A stretch of DNA of 64,000 nucleotides, from NCBI GenBank assembly GCA_963514005.1, contig OY740781.1, positions 82,956,001 through 83,020,000 of the forward strand, given 5' to 3'. Below, piece by piece: positions 52,201-64,000 of this stretch. Each line of letters begins with the position of its first letter. The first letter of the stretch is position 1. The DNA is from Raja brachyura (taxonomy: Eukaryota). The position numbers and the translations under genes are program-made. The notes beneath the pieces are model-generated. The model worked only from the letters and a program-made list of their open reading frames with translations. It made no database searches and was not told the origin of the DNA.

Positions 52201-52630
52201 ATTGGAGGGTTATCCCTTCATGAATTACTAAAATGTTTAGACCTTCATTCTTTGTAATTTAGGCAAATGCATTGTAATCATATTGAAGCACAAAGATCCT
52301 AATGGAACGGATATGGATAAATGTTGAGATGTTTCCATCAGTGCTAGAGCCTCAAGTGAAGGTACATGGTTCTAAATGGCTGCTGCTTTATTTTGTAACT
52401 GAGTTGAGTAACTTCCTCAGAGAATTCGCAGAGAACGATGAATCTCTGGAGTTCTCTACCTTATGTATTGAGGAGGCCAGAAGAGTGCAGATATTTAAAG
52501 AGCAGGAAGATAAATATTTGGAAGATCACATAATTGAGGGCTAAGTGGATCTGGCATTGAAGAGGGGTTGAGCAGAACAGCCATTATTATATTGAATAGT
52601 TAGACATGCTTGACTAGCCAGGTGATCTGC
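49300..52630 (+). mobile_element. Very old degraded CR1, interrupted by a V-SINE and an antisense CR1 tail (~50800-51260)
   Basis: Remnants of endonuclease (atgggtgattttaa-like), KADK.PG (aaggcagacaagttgcctggac) and 3' regions in the expected order. Confidence 0.6.
49931..50230 (-). mobile_element. tRNA-derived V-SINE (HE1-like)
   Basis: Colinear with the copy at 19210-19534. Confidence 0.85.
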
Positions 52631-53175
52631 TCTTTCCTTGTGTTTTTGTATTGCAGTTGGAGTTCAAAAACATTGCATGTTCCAAACACGGAGCTTAGCA
52701 CTTTCTCAAGAACAATAAGGGTGGGATATCAATTCTGGGCTTGTCAGACACAGTCCACAGAAGAATAAACCTCAATGCCTTTCTAAAATTAAAATGCCTG
52801 CCAAGACTCCATGTTTGTAAAATTATAGACTGCAACTATTGATTAAATATCCGAATAAAGAATGTTGAAGCAAAAACCTCACTTATTGAACGAGAGCACA
52901 GTATTGATACTGTTATTGCGGACATGAGATGTTAAAAACATTTTGTGTTATAGATTGAGTACATGGAAGGTCATTGTTAGTAATTTCCTGGGCATTTCAT
53001 TAACTGGAAAGATGAAATGTATAGATATAAAACCAAGTACATTTCCAGCAGAGGAGGAACGTTGATCATCTTTGGTATTTCTGTCTGAAACAATTCAAAA
53101 TCAGTTCTATTGGCTTTCTGCCATGACATAGTCTTGTGTTTCTAACTGTCTTCTAAAGTTCGAACTGTCTTCTAA

Positions 53176-53524
53176 AGGGCCTGTCCCACTGTATGAGGTA
53201 ATTCAAGGGTTCGCCCGAGTTTTCCCCCCGATTCGAACTCGGAGAATGTCCGTAGCGGGTCCGTAGGAGTTTGTTGACGTGTTTTATCGGCTCGTAAGAG
53301 TAAAAAGCAACCATTTTTTTCATCACACGTATTTTTTTACTCATGGACAATTTTTTGCAGTGTTGAAAAAACGTCACGAGTTTACCGAATTTCCCGAGTA
53401 CCTACCGTTAGCATTACGAGCCGTTGCGAGACATCCACAAACTCCTACAGACCCACTACTGACATTCTCCGAGTTCAAATCAGGGGAAAACTCTTGAATT
53501 ACCTCATACAGTGGGATAGGCCCT
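53176..53524. mobile_element. PIF/Harbinger-type MITE with TAA target-site duplication
   Basis: TIRs AGGGCCTGTCCCACTGTATGAGGTAATTCAAG / CTTGAATTACCTCATACAGTGGGATAGGCCCT; TAA at 53173-53175 and 53525-53527. Confidence 0.88.
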
Positions 53525-53656
53525 TAACTAGAATATTAGCTTTAAGGCTTTAAAGTTTCAATTCAACAGTAAGGCAATTAATTTCAGTTCTGACGTATGA
53601 TTTATATTATGTTCAGTCATTAAAACATGTTTAATAACTTGTTTTTTTTATATAAG

Positions 53657-53809
53657 GTTCAACAGCAAGTGGATGGACTAAGTGCAGCCCATCAAGAAGC
53701 AATTTCTAGCTGTTTAAAAGTGAGAAAAGAGGAGCTCAGATGGGCATTAATTGAGAAAACCAATAGTGTGACATCTGCTCAACTACAGGATTTTGATTGG
53801 CAGCTAAAG
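53657..53809 (+). CDS. COMMD8: COMMD8 coding exon 3 (VQQQVDGL...SAQLQDFDWQLK)
   Basis: AG acceptor, GT donor, 153 bp phase 0; SAQLQDFDWQ is the start of the COMM domain as in human COMMD8. Confidence 0.96.
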
Positions 53810-53889
53810 GTATTGCAATAAAAGTGCTGTACCTATTGGGTTACTGTACAATCATTTTTTTTAAAGCAAACGTTCCTTCCCATTAATAT

Positions 53890-54970
53890 TGCTGCAATAA
53901 TGTTAGGGTTGATATGGCATGCAATCAGGTCCTTTGGCCCAACATGTCTGCCAGGCATTAGTTATACTTATATTAATTACATTTTGGACCCCATTGCCCT
54001 TGGCCTTCAATACTATGAGGCCATATATTTTTTTCATCAAATCCCGTCTGAATCTTCTATCTCTTAACCTAAAAATGTGTCCCCTGTTTGCAGGCACTTA
54101 TGCAAAGGGGAAAAGTTGTTTTTTACTATCTACCCTTTTTATGCTGCTCATAATTTTAGAATTCTCAGTGAGAATTCCCCTCTGCCTTGGGAAACAAACC
54201 TAACCACTCCAGTCTCTCCTCATCACTGAAAGACATGACAAATCTCCTCTGCAACCCACCAGTGCAATCGCATCCTTCCTTTGTTGGGGTGAGCAGCACT
54301 GCACACGGTACTCCAGCCATGTCCTACCTGTAGACGACCTCACGTTACAGCTGATAATGTGGATGATGAACGCAAGTATCCTGTACGACATCTTCACCAT
54401 CTTTCATCCATCTTTGCTTTTGCCTTTTGGGATCCTTGGACTTGTACACCAAGGTTCTTCTTCTGTTCCTCAATACTCCTGAAACCCTTCCATTCATTTT
54501 GTATATCCTAGCCTTGTTGGTCAATAGACAATAGGTGCAGGAGTAGGCCATTCGGCCCTTTGAGCCAGCTCCGCCATTAAATGTGATCATGGCTGATCAT
54601 CCCCAATCAGTACCTGCCTTCTCCCCATATCCCCCGACTCCGCTATTTTTAAGAGCCCTATCTTAACCTTGTAAACCTATGCTGCACTCCCTCAACAGCA
54701 AGAATCTCCTTCCTCAAATTAGGGGACCAAAGCTGCATACAATACTCCAGGTGTGGTCTCATTAGGGCTCTGTACAACTACAGAAGGACTTCTTCGCTCC
54801 TTATACTCAATTCCTCTTGTTATAAAGGCCAACATACCGTTCCCTTTCTTCACTGCCTGCTGTACCTGCATGCTTACTTTTAAAGACTGATGTACAAGGA
54901 CCCCCAGATCCCGTTGTACTTCCCCCTTTCCCAACGATGTCATTTAGATAGTAATCTGCCTTCCTGTTTT
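53890..54970 (-). mobile_element. Two antisense CR1 fragments
   Basis: Minus ORFs QRDLGVLVHQSLKVSMQVQQAVKK and LEYRVQCCSP; CR1 tail at ~54525. Confidence 0.75.
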
Positions 54971-55148
54971 TAGGGTCCTTAGACTTCCTGGTCCTTGGAC
55001 TTTTCAGGATTAAATTTGATCGGGCCTTACTATGACCTTTTTATGAACTAATAAATGATTTTCTGCAACTGAAGGCTACTCTCCCCATGATCAGCTATAA
55101 ACCTAGTCATCATAAGTTCTTCATCTGCATCCAGATTTTAAATATATA

Positions 55149-57180
55149 CTAGACTAAGTGGGACCCGATGGGTCCCAGCTTCACACGGGAGGGTTGTCCT
55201 CCAATGCAATATTCCAGCTCTCCACCAATATTCCAACTCTGGAGTGCTAGTATGAGTGTTGTGGGTCAAAGGGACTGGTTTCCAGAGGGCTAGTATGGAC
55301 ATTGTGGGCCAAATGGATTCTTGGGCTGGCAGCTAAGTCACTCTGGCCAGGCAGCATTTTAGGACCAAGACAGACACTTTTTGCAACCATTTTAGGACCA
55401 AGACAGACACTTTTTGCAACCATTTTAGGACAAAGACAGACACTTTTTGCAACCATTTTAGGACCAAGACAGACACTTTTTGCAACCATTTTAGGACCAA
55501 GACAGACACTTCTTGCAACCATTTTAGGACCAAGCCAGACACTTTTTGCAACCATTTTAGGACCAAGCCAGACACTTTTTGCAACCATTTTAGGACCAAG
55601 CCAGACACTTTTTGCAACCATTTTAGGACCAAGCCAGACACTTTTTGCAACCATTTTAGGACCAAGCCAGACACTTTTTGCAACCATTTTAGGACCAAGC
55701 CAGACACTTTTTGCAACCATTTTAGGACCAAGCCAGACACTTTTTGCAACCATTTTAGGACCAAGCCAGACACTTTTTGCAACCATTTTAGGACCAAGCC
55801 AGACACTTTTTGCAACCATTTTAGAACCAAGCCAGACACTTTTTGCAACCATTTTAGAACCAAGCCAGACACTTTTTGCAACCATTTTAGAACCAAGCCA
55901 GACACTTTTTGCAACCATTTTAGAACCAAGCCAGACACTTTTTGCAACTTATTTTAGAACCGCCAGACACTTTTTGCAACCATTTTAGAACCAAGACAGA
56001 CACTTTTTGCAACCATTTTAGAACCAAGATAGACACTTTTTGCAACCATTTTAGAACCAAGCCAGACACTTTTTGCAACCATTTTAGAACCAAGCCAGAC
56101 ACTTTTTGCAACTTATTTTAGAACCGCCAGACACTTTTTGCAACCATTTTAGAACCAAGACAGACACTTTTTGCAACCATTTTAGAACCAAGATAGACAC
56201 TTTTTGCAACCATTTTAGAACCAAGCCAGACACTTTTTGCAACCATTTTAGAACCAAGACAGACACTTTTTGCAACCATTTTAGAACCAAGACAGACACT
56301 TTTTGCAACCATTTTAGAACCAAGACAGACATTTTTTGCAACCATTTTAGAACCAAGACAGACATTTTTTGCAATCATTTTAGAACCAAGACAGACACTT
56401 TTTGCAATCATTTTAGAACCAAGACAGACACTTTTTGCAACCATTTTAGAACCAAGACAGACACTTTTTGCAATCATTTTAGAATCAAGACAGACACTTT
56501 TTGCAATCATTTTAGAACCAAGACAGACACTTTTTGCAACCATTTTAGAACCAAGACAGCCACTTTTTGCAACCATTTTAGAACCAAGACAGCCACTTTT
56601 TGCAACCATTTTAGAACCAAGACAGACACTTTTTGCAACCATTTTAGAACCAAGACATACTTTTTGCAAGCATTTTAGAACCAATAGGGACACTGTTTGC
56701 AAGCATTTTAGAACCAATAGAAACACTGCTTGCAAGCATTTTAGAACCAATAGAGACACTTTCTGCAACAATTTTACAACCAATAGACATTTTTTGGAAC
56801 CTTTTTAGAACCACATTAAGGGCACTCACAGTTGAGTAGACATGCGTCCAGTGCTATTCAGAGCTCAGAGAGACTGAGTGAGGTACACCACTGGTTTCCT
56901 CCATCTTGCAGAGACTGAGTGAGGCACACCACTTCCTGGTTTTATAGTCCCTCCCCCTCCCTTCAGCAGGGGAAGCAGAGAGAATGGGGAATATTTTTAA
57001 AACAATAATATCTCTCAGATTTTTCATCGATGGGGAAAATTCTCTGGTCCTGGGAGGCGGAGGAGGGCTCTGATCGAGGTGGCCAAAAATGACAGCCATA
57101 GGTGGCGGCGTTCTCTCGAACATCACAGCACAGCAAGCCAAAAGCCGTCAAGATCAGACTTTTAGTAATATAGATAGAGA
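55149..57180 (-). mobile_element. Non-autonomous Helitron, copy 2, with a 1.45 kb 33 bp minisatellite
   Basis: Minus 3' end gggaccc-atc-gggtccc hairpin, 7 nt, CTAG|T; 5' TC start lies within the (TCTA)n tract at 57174-57188; shares flanking modules with 37174-38830. Confidence 0.85.
55356..56812 (+). repeat. 33 bp minisatellite, ~44 copies
   Basis: Unit ttttagRaccaagMcagacactttttgcaacca; produces 11-aa periodic ORFs in several frames. Confidence 0.97.
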
Positions 57181-58744
57181 TAGATAGATAAATGCAGTGG
57201 TACACAATTAGTCACAGGCTACTAATTGCACAAACAACTCTAGACTGTTACTCACAGTATCCTGTCACTTATCCAATTCAAGATCCAATTTGCTAGAGTG
57301 GCGATGCAATAACCATATAACAATTACAGCACGGAAACAGGCCATCTCGGCCCTTCAAGCCCGTGCCGAACAACTTTTTTCCCTTAGTCCCACCTGCCTG
57401 CGCTCATACCATAACCCTCCATACCCTTCTCATCCATATGCCTATCCAATTTATTTTTAATATAACCAATGTTAAAGGAGAGACACAAGGACAAGTAACT
57501 CTACCTTACATCTTATTGATAAACTCACTAGGTACAAATTAGTGTCTCAGAGTTATGACTGAGCTAATCCTGAATATCTTGCATCCTTTTTTCTGAGCAG
57601 TTTAAAGGAACTGAATATAAACTGATCATCAAGGATTACCAGGCAGTTTAGATGGCAAGAAAATTATCATGGAAATTTACAAAACACAGAATGTTTTCAC
57701 AAAATAAACTCAATGGTGCAACCATGGTAAAATGGACGACGAGGAAGGTAGAAACAAGGAACTGCAGATTCCAGTTTACACAAAAGGGTCCTGACCTGAA
57801 ATGTCACCTATCCATGTTCTCCATAGATGCTGCCTGATCCACTGATGTACTCCTGCACTTTGTGTACTTTTGGATGATGAAAAGTTTGCTGGATGAAAAT
57901 GTACATGATAGAAGTATATAAAATCCTGAGAGATATTGATAGGGTGGACAGTTAGAACCTTTTCCCCAGGATGGAAAAATCAAATACTAGAGGGCATAGC
58001 TTTAAGGTGAAAGGGGCAAAGTTTAAAGGAGAAGTGAGGGGCATGTTTTTAACGCAGAGGGTGGTGAGTGCGAGGAATGGTAATTGGGGCAGATACCATC
58101 GTGGCATTTAAGAAACTTGTGGATAGGCATATTTATATGTTAGGAATGGAGGGATATGGATTATGTGCAGACAGATATGATTTGGTCTTGGCATCCTGCT
58201 CGGTGCAGACATTGTGGGCTGAAGGGCTTTGAAGGTGAGGATAGGATTTTAATGGGAGCTGAAAATATTCATGGGAGCTGAAAACATTCATGTTAAAGAT
58301 TGAAAGGTGCCAGCTGCATTGGTTAGGTTTTATATCCTGAAGGCACCCACAGGATATTTGTAACAGAATATGATTTTTCTATTTTGAATTTGCAACAATG
58401 TGCCTTAGTTCAGAACTCAATGAGCTGTGCACCAGAGGGTTAATAATTACAATCATAATTGACTGATCTTCAGGAAAGGCATGGTAAACTATTATTGTGT
58501 CTGCAAAAATTAAATTGCTTGGGGCTGAAGTGTATATTTGAAATAAAAATTGTCATCAATTGAATATATTCCTGAAGAAAACTTCAGTTCAAATATTTAT
58601 CCCATTTCAATTGATTTTAGTGGATTTAAATACATAGGAAGCAACTTTTCTACTCGTATATTGAGGTATTAGGTTTTAATCTAATGTAACATAATAATGA
58701 AGTTTTGTGTTTATTTAGCTGCAAAACAATTACAAGGACATTCC

Positions 58745-61700
58745 ATTAGAAACATAGAAAATAGGTGCAGGAGTAGGCCAGTCGGTCCTTCGAGCCTGCA
58801 CCGCCATTCAATATGATCATGGCGGATCATCCAACTCAGTATCCTGTACCTGCCTTCTCTCTATACCCCCTGATCCCTTTAGCCACAAGGGCCACATCTA
58901 ACTCCCTCTTAAATATAGCCAATTAACTGGCCTCAACTACCTTCTGTGGCAGATAATTCCAGAGACTCACCACTCTCTGTGTGAAAAATGTTTTCCTCAT
59001 CTCGGTCCTAAAGGAATTCCCCCTTATTCTTAGACTGTGCCCCTTGTTTTGGACCTCCCCAACATCGAGAACAATCTTCCTGCATCTAGTCTATCCAACC
59101 CCTTAAGTATTTTGTAAGTTTCTATAAGATCCCCCCTCAGTCTTCTAAATTCTAGTGAGTGCAAGCCAAGTCTATCCAGTCTTTCCTCATATGAAAGTCC
59201 TGACATCCCAGGAATCAGTCTGGTGAACCTTCTTTGTACCCCCTGTATGGCAAGAATGCCTTTTCTCAGATTTGGAGATCAAAACTGTACGCAATACTCC
59301 AGGTGTGGTCTCACCAAAACCCTGTACAACTGCAGTAGAACCTCCCTGCTCCTATACTCAAATCCTTTCGCTATGAATGCTAACATACCATTTACTTTCT
59401 TCTCTGCCTACTGCACCTGCATGCCTACTTTCAATGATTGGTGTATTCAATATAATTATGGAGAGAGTCAGAACTGGACCTAGGGTTGAGATTTTTGATT
59501 GGAGAAAGGCTAACTGTGAGGGAATGCGTAATGATTTAAAAGGAGTGAATTGGGACATCTTGTTTTATGGGAAGGATGTAGAAGAGAAATGGAGGACATT
59601 TAAAGGGGAAATTGTAAGAGTACAGAATCTTTATGTCCCTGTTCGGTTGAAAGGAAATAGTAAAAATCGGAAAGAGACACGGCTTTCAAGGGAAATTGGA
59701 CACTTGGTTCGGAAAAAGAGAGATATCTACAATAATTATAGGAGGCATGGAGTAAATAAGGTGCTAGATGAGTATAAAGAATGTAAAAAGAATCTTAAGA
59801 AAGAAATAAGAAAAGCTAAAAGAAGATATGAGGTTGCTTTGGCAAGAAAGGTGAAAGTAAATCCAAAGGGTTTCTACAGCTATATTAATAGCAAAAGGAT
59901 AACGAGGGATAAAATTGGACCATTAGAAAGCCAGAAGAGATGGGGGAGATATTGAACAATTTCTTTTCTTCGGTATTCACCAAGGAGAAGGATATTGAAC
60001 TCTCTGAGGTAAGGGAAAAAAGTAGAGTAGCTATGGAAACTATGAGATTCAAAGAAGAGGAAGTACTGACACTTTTGAAAAATATGAAAGTGGATAAGTC
60101 TCCAGGTCCTGACAGGATATTCCCTAGGACATTGAGGGAAGTTAGTGTAGAAATAGCAGGGGCTATGACAGAAATATTTCAAATATCATTAGAAACGGGA
60201 ATAGTGCCGGAGGATTGGCGTACTGCGCATGTTGTTCCATTGTTTAAAAAGAGTTCAAAGAATAAACCTAGCAATTATAGACCTGTTAGTTTGACGTCAG
60301 TGGTGGGCAAATTAATGGAAAGGTTACTTAGAGATAATACATATAGGCATCTGGATAAACAGGGTCTGATCAAGAACAGTCAACATGGATTTGTGCCAGG
60401 AAGGTCATGTTTGACAAACCTTCTTGAATTTTTTGAAGAGGTTACTAGGGAAATTGATGAGGGTAAAGCAGTGGATGTTGTCTATATGGATTTCAGTAAG
60501 GCCCATGGAAGGTTGGTTAAGAAGGTTCAATCTTTGGGTGTTAATGGCGGAGTAGCAAGATGGATTCAACAGTGGCTGAATGGGAGATGCCAGAGAGTAA
60601 TGGTGGATGGCTGTTTGTCAGGTTGGAAGCCGGTGACCAGTGGGGTGCCTCAGGGATCTGTGTTGGGTCCACTGTTGTTTGTCATGTATATCAATGATGT
60701 AGATGATGGGGTGGAAAATTGGATAAGTAAGTATGCAGATGATACTAAGATAGGTGGTGCTGTGGATAATGAAGTAGATTTCAAAGTCTACAGAGAGATT
60801 TGGGACATTTGGAAGAGTGGGCTGAAATCAAAATAGGACGTACATTGTAAATGGTAGGGAATGGAGAATGCTGTGGAACAGAGGGATCTAGGAATAACTG
60901 TGCATAATTCCCTGAAGGTGGAATCGCATGTAGATAGGGTGGTAAAGAAAGCTTTTTGTGTGTTGGCCTTTATAAATCAGAGCATTGAATATTGGAGTAG
61001 GGAAGTAATGTTAAAATTGTACAAGGCATTGATAAGACCAATTCTGGAGTATGGTGTAATTTTGGTTGCCTAATTATAGGAAGGATGTCAACAAAATAGA
61101 GAGGGTACAGAGGAGATTTACTAGAATGTTGCCTGGGTTCCACAGAGAAAGGTTGAACAAGTTAGGTCTTTATTCTTTGGAGCGCAGAAGGTTAAGGGGG
61201 GACTTGATTGAGGTCTTTAAAATGATGAAGGGGATAGACAGAGTTGACGTGGATAAGCTTTTCCCATTGAGGGTAGGGAAGATTCAAACAAGAGGGCATG
61301 AGAGTTAAGGGACAGAAGTTTAGGGGTAACATGAGGGGGAACTTCTTTACTCAGAGAGTGGTGGCTGTGTGGAATGATCTTCCTGCGGAAGTGGTGGAGG
61401 CAGGATCGATTTTAACATTTAAAAGTAAAGTGGATAGGTATATGGATGGGAAGGGAATGGAGGGGTATGGTCTGAGTGCAGGTAGATGGGACTAGGGGAA
61501 AATGAATGGTCGGCACGGACTGGAAGGGCCGAGAAGGCCTGTTTCCGTGCTGTAATTGTTATATGGTTATATGGTGTACCATGACACCCAGGTCTCTTTG
61601 CATCTCCCCTTTTCCTAATTTGCCACCATTAAGATAATAGTCTACCCTCCTGTTTTTGCCTCCAAAGTGGATAACCTCACATTTATCCACATTATACTGC

Positions 61701-62760
61701 ATCTGCCAGGCATTTGCCCGCTCACCCAGCCTATCCAAGTCACCTTGCAGCCTCCTAGCATCCTCACACCTAACACTACCCCCCAGCTTAGTGTCATCCG
61801 CAAACTTGGAGATATTGCATTCAATTCCCTCGTCCAAATCATTAATATATATTGTAAATAGCTGGGGTCCCAGCACTGAGCCTTGCGGTACCCCACTAGT
61901 CACAGCCTGCCATTCTGAAAAGGACCCGTTTAGTCCTACCCTTTGCTTCCTGTCTGCCAGCCAGTTCTCTATCCACATCAATACTGAACCCCCAATACCG
62001 TGTGCTTTAAGTTTGTATACTAATCTCTTATGTGGGACCTTGTCGAAAGCCTTCTGAAAGTCTAGATATAACACATCCACTGGTTCTCCCTTATCAACTC
62101 TGCTAGTTACATCCTCGAAAAATTCTATATGATTCGTCAGACATGATTTATCTTTTGTAAATCCATGCTGACTTTGTCTAATGATTTCACCACTTTCCAA
62201 ATATACTGCTATCCCATCTTTAATAACTAGCAGTTTCACCACTACCGATGTTAGACTAACTGGTCTATAATTCCCTGTTTTCTCTCTTCCTCCTTTTTTT
62301 AAAAGTGGGGTTACATTAGCTGCCCTCAAATCCTCAGGAACTACTCCAGAATCTAAGGAGTTTTGAAAAATTATCACTAATGCATCCACTATTTCTGTGG
62401 CTACTTCCTTGAGTACTCTGGGATGCAGACTATCTGGCCCTGGGGATTTATCGGCCTTTATTCCATTCAATTTATCCAACACCACTTCTCGGCTAACCTG
62501 GATTTCACTCAGTTCTTCCACCTTATTTGACCACCGGTCCCCTGCTATTTCCGGCAGATTATTTATGTCTTCCTTCGTGAAGACAGAACCAAAGTAGTTA
62601 TTCAATTGGTCTGCCATGCCATTGTTCCACATGATCAATTCACCTGTTTCTGACTGCAAGGGACCTACATTTGTTTTAGCTAATCTGTTTCTCTTCACAT
62701 ATCTATAAAAACTTTTGCAGTCAGTTTTTTATGTTCCCTGCCAGTTTTCTTTCATACAGT
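58745..62760 (-). mobile_element. CR1 LINE (RT and 3' end) split by an opposite-strand CR1
   Basis: Minus ORF 61559..62698 has KSPGPD, YLDFQKAFDKV, GVPQGSVLG and FADDTK; it continues at 59445-58745 to a CR1 tail. Confidence 0.92.
59446..61571 (+). mobile_element. 5'-truncated CR1 of a different subfamily nested in the minus-strand CR1
   Basis: ORFs 59377, 59940 (YADD) and 60861-61495; (gttatatg)n tail; tggtgta duplicated at 59439-59445 and 61572-61578. Confidence 0.92.
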
Positions 62761-63090
62761 CTTTCATTAACAGTTCATTAATCAACAGTTCTGTAATTGA
62801 ATAATCTAAAAGGCCCTCCTTTGTTCTTTTCACAAGAAAATGTTTGGCCTTTAAACTGCTGGATCCCTGCCTAAATAGTCAATTTTACCAAAGCAGCTCT
62901 AGTACTGAGCCATGGATAGTATCAGAAGCATTTGAACACCTGGATCAGATGCTGAATGTGTTGTATGCAGAATTTAAAGTCAGCTTGTATACTTTTGAGA
63001 GCAAAAATGTACAAACTATATTTAATCCATTGAATTCAACCAAAAGGAAAGCTAAATGTATATTTAATTTAATACCTGTTTGTATTACAG

Positions 63091-63246
63091 CTACCTCTTT
63101 CAAGTGATAAGATTGCTTTTCTTCAAACACCACTGCTGAACCTTGACCTCAATGTCAAGGAAAATGGAGTATTAAAACCTGTCACCATCGAGATGGACAA
63201 AGAAGAGCTGCAAACACTAATTCACTCCCTGGAGGCAGCAAATAAG
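63091..63246 (+). CDS. COMMD8: COMMD8 coding exon 4 ([26 protein letters not shown]...[10 protein letters not shown])
   Basis: TACAG acceptor, 156 bp phase 0; matches human [26 protein letters not shown]...LIQSLEAANK. Confidence 0.96.
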
Positions 63247-63593
63247 GTAGTTTTATAGTATTTGGGTCTGCACATGTATTTTGTGCTGACTTTTTTTGCA
63301 ATTGTTCCCAGTGTATTAATTTTCTGAATGTAGAATTTCATGTAGAATCCCTGCCTAAATAGTCAATTTTACCAAAGCAGCTCTAGTACTGAGAGGAGTG
63401 GAGTTTACGCAGTCGTTAGTAAAAAACAAATCTTCCAGTCGTTATTTCCAGTATAATTGATTTTAATTGAAGTTGTTGTAAATACAAAGAAGTGTCATAC
63501 AAATTGTAGCTTTCCGTTCTTTCTATCTGAACTGGTAAAATCTGTCTTCTCTTCCCGTGCCAGCTCCCATCTGATCTGATCACTCCCTGTCGT

Positions 63594-64000
63594 ATAGAAA
63601 CATAGAAACATAGAAAATCAGCAGGCCATTCGGCCCTTCGAGCCTGCACCGCCATTCAATGTGATCATGGCTGATCATCCAACTCAGTATCTCGTACCTG
63701 CCTTCTCTCCATACCCCCTGATCCCTTTAGCCACAAGTGCCACATCTAACTCCCTCTTAAATATAACCAATGAACTGGCCTCAACTACCTTCTGTGGCAG
63801 AGAATTCCAGAGACTCACCACTCTCTGTGTTTTCCTCATTTTGGTCCTAAAGGAATTCCCCCTTATCCTTAGACTGTGACCCCTTGTTCTGGACTCCCCC
63901 AACATCGGGAACAATCTTCCAGCATCTAGCTTGTCCAACCCCTTAAGAATTTTGTAAGTTTCTATAAGATCCCCCCTCAATCTTCTAAATTCCAGCGAGT
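63594..64000 (-). mobile_element. CR1 LINE 3' end running off the window
   Basis: Minus ORF 63684 RGDLIETYKILKG...TRGHSLRI; (atagaaac)n tail. Confidence 0.9.

Noticed and set aside
55247-56829. Long ORFs of 190-228 aa with 11-aa periodicity; superficially CRISPR-like or repeat-protein-like
   Set aside because: By-products of a 33 bp tandem repeat that is open in several frames on both strands; no unique spacers and no cas genes.
59940-62698. 298 aa and 379 aa RT ORFs as active or domesticated genes
   Set aside because: Both belong to 5'-truncated CR1 copies with deletions or frameshifts and nested insertion.

Overview
Repeat-rich vertebrate genomic DNA, most likely a cartilaginous fish (skate/ray), inferred from the HE1-like V-SINEs and CR1, Neptune-type Penelope and Rex1 repeats. 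One host gene is clearly present: COMMD8 on the + strand, with four phase-0 coding exons at 36156-36200, 47031-47186, 53657-53809 and 63091-63246 starting in a CpG island. A probable first exon of a divergently transcribed gene lies near 24.4-24.8 kb; ATP10D is expected there from human synteny but no coding match is visible. The rest is mostly mobile DNA: a near full-length L1, many CR1 pieces (one near full-length with an esterase ORF1, several nested), Rex1/Babar and Vingi-like fragments, V-SINEs, TIR elements and two non-autonomous Helitrons carrying different internal minisatellites. The most interesting signal is a Penelope-like (GIY-YIG) family whose 3' region carries a minimal hammerhead-ribozyme-like motif (CTGAAGA-A-GGGTCTCGACCC-GAAACGTC). 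It repeatedly forms inverted, foldback insertions, from a 1.35 kb palindrome with a target-site duplication down to ~200 bp nested hairpins. Also notable are an old inverted copy of the COMMD8 promoter inside its own first intron and several short locally templated duplications. Family assignments are from motif recognition, not database searches, and repeat boundaries are approximate unless a terminus or TSD is quoted.
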